This document shows, one piece after another, positions 1 through 9,949 of a stretch of DNA of 64,000 bases. A program made the translations under genes and the position numbers. The stretch is from Atractiella rhizophila (taxonomy: Eukaryota). Positions within the stretch are counted from its first letter, which is position 1. Every line of letters begins with the position of its first letter. Under the pieces are notes generated by a model. It was given only the letters and a program-made list of their open reading frames with translations. It had not been told where the DNA came from and made no database searches. The DNA is taken from positions 1 to 64,000 of the forward strand of contig MU271260.1 in the NCBI GenBank assembly GCA_021432655.1, given 5' to 3'.

Positions 1-1103
1 TGGCTTATGGATAGGGAGACAACCTACAACTTCGACGGCTACACCTCAAAGCCATTCGCCCTTGCCATAGGACTGGCACAAGGATCCCCCCTCTCTCCTA
101 TTCTCTACCTGTTTTACAATGCTGATCTGCTTGAAATACAGGCGCCGGAAGGGGAATCTCTCAAATGCGGGTTCGTAGACGACATCCACATGAATGCCCG
201 TGCGACGAACCCTCCGACGGCCATTGGTAACCTCGAGGTGATGCTCGACAAAGCAATGGTCTGGGGTGAGAAACATGGTGCCATTTTCGAGGAAGCCAAG
301 ACGGACTTCGTCCTCTACGGGAAACTGAAGGGGATGAAGTCCCGATTTGGCACGCTCACAATTCGTGTAGGATCTACAACCATAAAGCAGTCGCTTGAGA
401 TGAAATACCTGGGAATGCTCCTCGATTCCAGGCTAACTTTCAATTCTCATTTAAAAGCGATCGAGAAGAAGGCGAAGTCCTCGCTCTCCCTTCTGGCGAC
501 ACTCTCCAACACCACAAAAGGAATACCTCTATCACACTATCGGCGCCTCTTTGAGGCTGCAATCTGCGCAATGACGGACAACAACGCCATTATCTGGCAC
601 CACCTTGGAAAGAAAGCAGGAGGAGCGGCTCGCCTCGAAATCGTCCAACGGTATGCCCAACGCCTCATGCTAGGAGCCTTCCACACCACCCCAGCCCCTG
701 CTCTCTCCTACGATTCAAACCTCCCTCCGGTCATAGCCAGACTGGACAAAGTAGTAACACGAGCCATGGTCAGGCTACTATCCCTTCCGAACACCAACCC
801 AGCAGGAGTCATTGCACAACACCTCATCTCAACCGCCCCCCCGAGAAAACACTGCTCCCCTCTGAACCCTCTCGTCGGATCGAAACACTTCAACTTACCT
901 CGAGACCTCGAAATCATCCCTTCCTTTTCCACTCACCCAGGACACATGCCTCCATTTGACTCCTTCATCGCTGATTCAAAGGAAGAAGCTCTCCAGAACT
1001 TTAAAGAACTTAAGGAAGACGAGGGGGAGATCTGGATCTTCATGGATGGCTCGAGGACAGAGGAAGGGGTAGCTTGCGGCCTGGCTATGACGAATCCAAA
1101 GAC
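1..1103 (+). mobile_element. Non-LTR retrotransposon (Tad-like LINE) ORF2 fragment: RT C-terminal half and start of RNase H
   Basis: ORF 7..1146 has RT motifs GLAQGSPLSPILYLFYNADL, FVDD, KYLG..LD.RL.F..H and the RNase H start IWIFMDGS. Cut at 1104 by a TGTTGG LTR-like terminus. Confidence 0.9.
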
Positions 1104-2685
1104 TGTTGGAGATAAGCGACAAACAGTGACAATTATGGTCACATGAATGCCCCGCAAAGAAGCGAAGTCAGAAATAGCTATGCGTGTCCAACCATCCTTG
1201 AAGAAGCTACCTACGACTATATCGAATAAACCTCCTTCAAGCCTCAGTTGCACATTCTGTGGATACAATAATCATACTGAGGCAGAGTGTCATTTCAGAA
1301 AGAAGGCCCAAGATACCTTCAAAAAGGAACGAAAGGATAAGAAAAGGATGGCAAAGGCAAAGGTTGCTAGTGGCTCAAAGGAGGAACCATCATCTGGTGA
1401 CTCCGAGGAAGAAAATAAAGAAAAATTGAAGGTGGTGAAGGCTGGAAAGACTGCCAGAGTACGAGCATTGCTTGCGAATGGAGCGATGGAGAAGGCTGAT
1501 GTAAGATGGACGGTAGACACTGGAGCCACAGCTCCTATGACGCCTCATCGCCATTGGATTCAGAATGATTACCAGAACCATCGCATTCCGATCGAACTTG
1601 CAGATGGAACCATCATCTACTCCGAAGGAAAAGGATCGATATATTTCCGTTCAAACAAACAACCTACAAAGCCAATAGTTATCAGAAATGTTCTCTACGT
1701 TCCGAAGTTGAAATCAAATCTCCTCTCAGTCTTCTCCCTAAAACAATACGTAATTGTTATCCGTGAGAACTTTATAAAGTTCTCGAAAAAGGGAAAGATT
1801 CGATTCACAGCAACAATAGAGGACAAGGTTGCCACTTTGGACGGAATAACAGAGGTTAACACTCAATTCCTCAGTCTTGCGCGTACAGAAGCTAAGGCTC
1901 AGTCATGTCATACTCATGACTTAGACTTATGGCATCGCCGTCTCTGTCACATAGGGAAAGATCGACTGGATCTGGTTATACAAAAGGATCTGGTTAAAGA
2001 TATGCGCATGGATAGCAAAACAGGATTTCCTGAGATGTGTGAAAGTTGCATCAAAGGAAAACAACATCGCCATCCATTTCCCAAATTATCTACCAGCAGG
2101 AGCTCACAAGTTCTTGAGCTTGTGCATACCGATTTAAAGGGACCTATGCCGGTTAGGACCGCAAGGGGATTTCGATATTGAATGACCTTTGTAGATGACC
2201 ATTCCCGATACCCATGGGTATACCTTCTCCGAAAGAAAAGCGAAGCATATCAAGCTTTTCGTGACTTCAAGACGATGGCAGAGAAGCAGACTGGACAGCA
2301 GCTTAAGAAAATCAGAGATGATGCAGGGGGAGAATACTCCTCCCTCGAATTTGACGCATTTCTCAAAGAATCCGGAATCATTCGTCAGCAGACTGCTACA
2401 GCATCTCCTCAACAGAATGGTGTTGCTGAACGCATCAATCGAACTCTTGAAGAACGAATCACTTCAATGCTCTCAGAGTCTAGTCTACCACCAAGCTTTT
2501 GGGGTGAAGCACTTGCTACTCTTGTTCATGTTATCCGAAGACTGCCAACACGGGCATTGATGGATACAACTACACCGTACGAAGTGCTCTTCAAGAGGAA
2601 ACCTTCAGTATCACACCTCCGAGTTTTTGGATGCACTGCCTATGTTCTTATTCCCAAGAAGGATAGACGTCCGTTTGAGTCAAAG
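1104..2685 (+). mobile_element. Ty1/copia family A, internally deleted and 3'-truncated (LTR start, Gag zinc knuckle, protease, integrase)
   Basis: TGTTGGAG at 1104; CTFCGYNNHTEAEC knuckle, WTVDTGAT protease, LWHRRLCHIG, LELVHTDLKGP, QNGVAER integrase. One in-frame TGA at 2179-2181. Homology stops near 2685. Confidence 0.92.
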
Positions 2686-3412
2686 TGGTGGGTAGGTGCA
2701 TACTGCTCGGAGCGTTCGAATAGTCACTTGGAAAATATGGGAAGGGAGGAGGCGCAGGATTTTGAAGAGGTACCTGAAGTCCGTGTTGCAAATGAGGCAC
2801 AACAGATGTATTGTAGGCCGAAATTGGATTAGGTCCTGGGTTATTAATTGGACTGTTACAGACGTTTTCTGCGTGCCCGAAAGAAGGCACCGGTTGTGGG
2901 AGCGTTCGCCGCCGAGGATCTTCAAGTGCGACCAATGAGTGCTTGCCGGGTATGAAATCAGAAGGAACAAATGAAGGGGGTTCGTGGTGGTCGGATTGCG
3001 GAAAGTCCACAATCATGGCATCTGTCGCGAAAGGGACTGAAGTCGAAAGTTCGGATGCATTGGTGGGTGTTTGAATGCTGGTTGAATGCGAAATGCAGTT
3101 TTGCTGGCGATCTTCCATAAACAAGGCTGTGGCACTTGCGCCTGGCCCTTGATCTGCAAGTGGGATTGATGGTCGTTGCTCAATCGTTTCCAAACAACGT
3201 CCGGACGTTGGTAAATCAGCGGAGATGGAGTGATCGATGATCGGCGATAAAGTGGTCTCGTTGTGACGTCGCTTTTGGCTGCAAACGTTCTCAATACTAA
3301 AGCACACAACCATTTTGAGCAACGATTGGGAAACAGTTTGCACTCTCAAGCGCGCTCGCTCAATACTGTATTGCGCTTTGGTTTTGCGACATTTCAGTCC
3401 AAAACTTTTCAA
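2648..3412 (-). CDS. Hypothetical 254-aa ORF, Pro/Ser-rich, no recognised domain
   Basis: Open frame only; non-ATG start and its 3' end runs into the copia fragment. Confidence 0.2.
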   Translation of the reverse strand: MKSFGLKCRKTKAQYSIERARLRVQTVSQSLLKMVVCFSIENVCSQKRRHNETTLSPIIDHSISADLPTSGRCLETIEQRPSIPLADQGPGASATALFMEDRQQNCISHSTSIQTPTNASELSTSVPFATDAMIVDFPQSDHHEPPSFVPSDFIPGKHSLVALEDPRRRTLPQPVPSFGHAENVCNSPINNPGPNPISAYNTSVVPHLQHGLQVPLQNPAPPPFPYFPSDYSNAPSSMHLPTTLTQTDVYPSWE

Positions 3413-3949
3413 CAGCTTCTGGAGCAGTTTTAATGCCGACCGACTCCGACTCCTAAATAAATTGAATGGCCCCTAAAAACTGCCAAGTGGCATAGGTGAG
3501 TGTGTTCTCGAAATCCAATTTGAGTAACGATACATTAATCGAACTCGATTGTGGAGCGTCTAAGTGAGATGGCGGATGGGAGTCCAGGCTTCTTCGAGCC
3601 GCGAGACTAAAGGATATGGGAGATATCTCCTAAAGTAGTGCACGTATCTCGATTGCCACCAGGACAATCAAGATAAAAGCCGCCGTTGGGAAGCTCTGTC
3701 GATAACAATATCTGCAAGTCCCAGCACAATGCAGATGATCCCAGGCAGAACATGCGTCAAGGCTCTCTTCTGCCTCAATTGCCATCGGAACAATCAAGAG
3801 AAAGCTGCCTGTAGCGGTAAGGGTAAGGGGAGATGTTGATGAGATGTGGGATGATTGGAGTTCTCAACGCCTCTCTTTTCAACCTTCGGCCTCCAAAGCT
3901 TCCTTTGTTCTAAACGTTTCGGTTCATTGCTTTGCAGGATATGCAATGA

Positions 3950-4303
3950 CATACCCTTTCGTACGAGGGGCCATAACATTTCGTACAACATGAATAACCT
4001 TTCACATGAGGGAAATAATCTTTCGTACGAGACAGGATAACCTTCGGCACGAGCCTTTCGTACGAGAGTGCTTTCGTATGAGAGAAATAACCTTTCGTAC
4101 GATAGAAATAACCTTTCGTACGAGAGAAATAACCTTTCGTACGAGAAAATAACCTTTCGTACGAGAGAAATAACCTTTCGTACGAGAGAAATAACCTTTC
4201 GTACGAGAGAAATAACCTTACGTTCAACTTACGTTCAATGAACACATTGTATGAGAAGACATAACCTTTCGTACGAGAAACATAACCTTTCGTACGAAAG
4301 ACA
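3950..4303. repeat. Tandem array of about 15 copies of a ~21-bp unit (TAACCTTTCGTACGAGAGAAA)
   Basis: Near-perfect units at ~4088-4215, degenerate units on both sides; palindromic core TCGTACGA. Confidence 0.95.
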
Positions 4304-5394
4304 TTATACTATAGACAAGTATTATGGACTGACTTCACAATTTGGAACACGTGGGCTTGCACAATTGTATATGTCGTCACAACATACCCTGAGCATAAAA
4401 GGGAGATGCTTCCTACTCAAACAACAATCGGTTGTGAGATCGAGATGGCACCATCATCATATGGCGAAGTTGTCCGTCCCGTCCTCATCTCTGTCGTCCT
4501 CTCCTTCTGTCTCTGGGGGATCGGACTCTCTCAGGTCCGTCCCCTTCAATGGAACCGCACAGCTTTCTTACGAGCACGTCAGTTTCATCACTGTTTTGGT
4601 ATGCTCCAGTCGGTATGCTAGACCATCCTACCCTGTTTTGTACCGGAGAATCAAATTGTACCAAAATGTTTCGGAACAGTCAAGAAAGATACTTGCTCTT
4701 GAGCTCTCAGCTCTCCTCGTTGTCGACGTGGTTGACTCGTGAGTCACTCGAGAGATGAACCTCACATATTGACTGTGGCTGATTAAGTGCCACAAAGCTT
4801 ATATGGTCCAAAGCGTTTATTCGCGGCGCTGCCTTGCACACGCTGTCGGATTTCATAGCGTATCTTCCCTTCTATCTCCTGCCCTGAGAATGACTGATCT
4901 TAATATTATAGCCTGCCGGATCATGGCATAGCCGTTTTGTCCATCAGCACTTTCCTGGGCAACGTCTATGGTGCTATAAGCCCTATCATAGCTCATAGGC
5001 ATTTTGTCACCTAGGCTCTATGGTAGACCCTCTATAGTGCCATAGGAAGGGCGCCCTATGGGCCATATTGCACAATGGCCATGCTTCTTGTCCCAATGCA
5101 ATACACACCTAGGTAAACCGCAGTGACTGTTTGAAGAGTGGACTTGATGTGACAAACATCATCGAAAGGATGAATGTTCGACGTCGACAAGGGGTAAAGA
5201 CTTCAGCCGAGGGTGGTTCAAGAGTTGTGCGCATCGCTCAATGATCACAGTTTCCGCTCTGGTAGACCTTCCGGGGGCCGTAAACACGTAGGTGTTCGAA
5301 AATTAGTGAAGCATGATGATAGAATCGGATCGAAATGTATTCAAAGTCTTCTCCTTCATCATTAAAAAGCTATCCTGATAAGTATATGTTGCCT

Positions 5395-7380
5395 TCAGTA
5401 TGTAAAGAAGTTCTGCATGCAGGCGAAAGCAGGAGAGAATTCACGACTGTGAAAGATGGAAAGGAAGAAGACTTTCGTTTTTGGGTCCGATGTGACGCTT
5501 TCTCCAACTTCTCCTCGCTCTCCGCCTACCTCTGCAAGGAAGTTTTTGGGTTAGCTCCCCAACCTGGAGAAAATGACCTTGCCACCGTAGCGAGATATTT
5601 CCAAGCACACAAGTGCATCCTCTTCTTGGATAATTTCGAGACGCGCCCACACGGTCGGACCCGAATAAGCTGCAACCATTCTTCCAATCCCTTCTTCCAG
5701 AAAATGCTCCTCTGGTTCCATTCTCGTCGCAGTACACCGCGGCTATCAGGTCGAATGTGGGAATTTTGAGTGAGGCAAGATTTCAAAAGCTGGTGGTTGG
5801 GTGCCTCAGCGACACCGCTGGAAAAAACATTGTTCAAGTACACGTAGTGCAAGGGAGATGAAGGTTGTGCACAACAACTACTGGAGTCCACTTTCGCTAA
5901 GCTGGACCATCATGCCTTGGCCATCAAGCTCTTCTGTTGGATTTTGCAGTGTAGTTGTGTGCCACTCAGTGGCAAAGTCCTTTAGTTTTCTGGAATGTTC
6001 TACTACTTTCTAGTTGCCACTGCTGTAAGCTATATAAACACATAGAATTCCATTTCCTGGTGCTCATGCGTTTGCAAGAGCTCAGCCAAACGTAACCAAG
6101 TCGTACTTAGCTCCGCTCCTCAGCCCGTCGATTTCCAACATCTTCATTCTTCACACTAATGCGGAATCAACTAAGCAGCTTGCAGTTTTGTTCGAGGAGT
6201 GGGCGGCAAAGAAGACCACGCACTTATGGAACGAAGATAGCGAAGAGATACACTCTCTCGCCTCTTCTATCTTTTTCGCTCGATTCACCTCTTCTCAGAA
6301 AACATGAAGACCTCAGCGCTTTTATACTTGTCCTATTTTCATGGACTCCTGATGGTCTCCTGGCAGACGACATTATCGCCATGGTGGATAACAACTTGTC
6401 TTCCGAGCTCCTCACTTCAATCTTAGCCGTCGGACTTGCTGAAGATACCATGGATACCCTTACAAACCGGAAACGGTTGCACATGCTTGCGCCAATTCGC
6501 GACACATCAACCGTATGGTCTTGGGTCCGGTTCCACCGTTTAAAATCACTGCTTTATCGCTTCAGCCGTTGACAATAGGTCTCATTGATAAGGCTCGTAG
6601 AAATGTTCGACGATTCAAAGATGGAGTTGAGCGGATCGGATTACTCTCTTTTCGCAACAATCCGAACCTGGAACAAGTCCTTCTGACCGCCTTTCAACAC
6701 CTGGAAGATGTGACAACAGTATTGATTTTCCTGATAGAAATTTGGAATTTCCTCTATCTTCCAAGGCTTCTCTCCACAGCATTGTTCCACTCCGCTTTAT
6801 CATCCAAAAGATTAATTACACTACACAAAGCTGAATTGATGCAGGCTCTTGCATCAGCATTTCGACAGAAGGGGAACCTACAACAGGCGTTGAAACGGTT
6901 CGAGGAGGCGAAGGGGCTGTATGTGGTCGCGGCAGATCAGCAAGGCCTTGCCCACTGCATTCGCGGCATGGGGGGCATCGAGAGGGGTCGCGGGCGGAAC
7001 GAGGAAGCGTTGAAACGATTTGAGGAGGCGAAAGAGCTATATGTGATTGTAGATGATGTAGGAGGTCAACTTAACTGCCTTTCAAACCTGGCTTCTGTTT
7101 ATGCTCAACATCGCCAGCTTGCTAAGGTGTTTGAACTTTGTGGGGAAGTGGTCAATTTGAGTCCAACAGGTACTACGAAGGTGTTAGCAGAGAGAAGATG
7201 GCCAAATTCCACTTCGTTCTGTCAAAGTATGCAGAGGCCAGGGAAGAAATCATCCATGCCCGTCACCTTTACATGGAATGCAGTGCAGAGTCAGACATTG
7301 CCAATTGTGACCATTTGCTGCAGGCAATGGCACAGGCAGAAAAGGCGGTCACATGGTGGTGAGCCATGGCTGCTTAAGTC
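5395..7380 (+). pseudogene. NLR-like STAND NTPase + TPR gene, copy 1 (no P-loop, frameshifted, LTR-interrupted)
   Basis: FWVRCD, Walker B-like ILFLDNFET, LDHHALAIKLF, SLDSPLL, MLAPIR, then 40-aa TPR-like repeats (ALKRFEEAK.LY twice, 120 nt apart). Collinear with copy 2. Confidence 0.82.
5935..6140 (+). mobile_element. Solo LTR (206 bp), copia-like, 5-bp TSD TCTTC
   Basis: TGTTGG...CCAACA termini; TCTTC at 5930-5934 and 6141-6145; TATATAAA at ~6031. The paralog at ~12990 reads through the empty site. Confidence 0.95.
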
Positions 7381-8980
7381 AGATATTCAAGTGCTCCCTT
7401 CTGACGGGAGACTGGGAGATGAGAAGGATGGAGCCTGCCATCACGAGGTTAGGCGTACCAGCCAGAGACTGAGAAAGAGGATGGGAAACGAGTTGACATC
7501 CAGTCAAGATAAAAAATTGAAAGTGCCTGGCTAATGCTAACATGCTCACAGGTGTATACAATTCCTAAAGACATTACCGTCAAAAGATCATCACCCTAAG
7601 CTAACATGGCTTGCTAAAATTGTGATGCGTAAAGGGCCTATCGCCTTCGTAGCCATATTTCAGTCCTCACTTCCTCCACCCACATTTTCTTTTCGGCCCA
7701 CCGCATAGCCTCACATTCATGCGCACGGATCTGTTCTCTTCCTAGCACCGATTTTAAACGCAAAATCCACAATCTTCACACCCTCCATTGCCTCTCGCGC
7801 ATACACTGTCTTCACATTTTCGACGTTCGCCGAATTCAGCTTGATGGCTTCACGCTTTACCTCCTTCCTTGATTGGACTGATGTACTTGTCATTCCTTGA
7901 ACAGGCAGAGCACGATTAGGAGAACGGGAGCGATCCACGACAACGGTCTCCGAGGGGATTTTGTGGTGGCTTGCGCCATAGGGGAGCCGGGGAATGTATG
8001 GAATTCTTTTCTTGTGTTGGATGTCTCGGGCATACGTGGTAGGTTCTGGGATCTCGTTTGAGGTTGTCTGACCTTGGTTCGGGTTGGAGTTCAACTCTTG
8101 CGAGGGAGGAATCGGGGGGGGGGGATCGTTGCTTGCTCTACGCTGCTTGTGACAACCCTCCTACAAGCTAACTCAGCATATGGAGAGTTCAGGAAGGATC
8201 GCTCACTTTGCACTGCAGTGTCTGCAAGGTATCGTCTGTGAAAGCAGATCAGTTCGCTACCACTGCATACAAAACCAGATACATTATCACGTGCAAGTTT
8301 TCCCCCTATACACTCCTAGGTCCATCAATCAGCAGTCGCTACCCAGGCACGTCAATCGCATACCATGCAGACAACACTGCACAACCACTAATCATGGAAA
8401 ATCGCAATTGGATGATGACAGACACACCTCCAATTAGCCTTCCGTTTTCTAGGGTTTCGTTCGCTTGTGTCATCTGTTGCTTGCATGATGACAGAAGCGA
8501 CAGGGAGGGTGGAGCAAGGGCAAGAGGGTTGGAATTCGCTGCTGGGATGATGAGCCCGGATCCGCGTTACGAATCAGGTCAAGACCGCCTTCCAATTCAG
8601 GACCAAATAGCTTTGTTTTGATGGTCGACCAGTTTTTAACTCGACGATTCCGTTTCTCAAACAAAGTTTGATCCTCAAGGTTGGAGAATGGCCAAGCTCA
8701 TTCATGAGAATGTCCGTTTGAATTCGAGGCACTTTTGATGCATCGCACCCAAAATGACCGCGGAACGCGGAATGACTCATAGCCATCATCGGCTGGACAA
8801 GGGTTTCGAGAATCGAGCCTTGTCTACATCAACCGACGAACCCTCTCTGCATCTCTCTCATGCTGTCAGGGAGAGCAAATTGTTCCTGGATTTTGCTTGT
8901 TGAGTGTCAAGTGCCAGCAGTTGGTTGTTACTACGCTATCGGTCGAAGAAAGTCGCGCATGTGAGTCTTTATTGACTCTC

Positions 8981-9173
8981 TGTTGTTTTTCTCTGCTGCT
9001 TTGTTAACCTCAAACAAATGTATTACTGTATTACGTTTGGCTGAGCTCTTGCAAACGCATGAGCAGCAGAAACACAAGAACAGGTGTTTATATACATGTG
9101 AGCTTTGTGGCAAATAGAAACTTCCAGAATGATCATGAAGAAAGTATTACTAACATTTTACACATCTCCAACA
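8981..9173 (-). mobile_element. Solo LTR (193 bp) related to 5935-6140
   Basis: Minus strand TGTTGG...CAACA; flanks CTCTC/CTCTT (1 mismatch); shares TATATAAACAC and an exact 35-nt block with the first solo LTR. Confidence 0.78.
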
Positions 9174-9949
9174 CTCTTGCCCTGTTGATGATGAGATGAG
9201 AGATGTGTCCTCTCTTGTCAATTCGATATTCAAGTTGTGCAGCCTTCATATCTCCACTGACCCAAACTCAAACACATATCCACAACTTCAATTCTTCGGC
9301 AGTTGGTTCATCGCGACATCTTTCTTCTTCCTAGCGTTCGGTTCACCGTCTTGCAAGTTGACAAATGGTTCCATGTGTCCTAAGTTGACCTCCCCTTCTT
9401 ATCCTTACGTCCTCACATTCGTAAGGAATGTTCTTCCATGGGTGTGGATCTTTGAATCGGAATGCGGCTCTACTGCCTTGTTTCTTCTTCCGGTTCTTCA
9501 GAGTCAGTTTCACGTATCCTTTCGCTGCTCTCCCTCCTCGCAGCTCTAGTCCAGATCTGACCTATTCCGCAGTTTCGTATCTCACGTTCAACAAGGAGTT
9601 CTCGGTCAATTGTCATCGATGTCATCTCGTGTTCTAGGCGATGTACGCCTCAGCCTTCAGAAAGACGCCTAAATCTTCTTCATTAAATCCCAGCGACAAT
9701 GAAGACCCTGGGAATTTATCTGATGACGACAACGCATTCACCGCCGGTTCGCGACATGTTCCACAGTCTAATGAAGGCATCGGAGTGTCACAATCTTTCA
9801 GTATTGCAGCTGTACTCTCAACCCAGCCGTTTCCTGACTGCCAAACCGACCGATTTTTGGCCGACAATTTGGCTTCCTATCGCGTACCGCGTCGCCCATT
9901 GCCTCCAGAGCTGCTACTCCAACACTTTTCTCATCCCCCAGCCGCTCCC

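Noticed and set aside
2179..2181. Programmed readthrough or alternative genetic code at the copia TGA
   Set aside because: It lies inside integrase, not at a gag/pol boundary; TGA terminates normal genes here; a TGG>TGA mutation explains it.
3950..4303. CRISPR array
   Set aside because: Units are head-to-tail with no unique spacers, no cas genes, eukaryotic context.
7717..8800. Effector gene partnering the NLRs
   Set aside because: ORFs lack ATG starts or any recognisable HeLo, gasdermin or amyloid-like motif.
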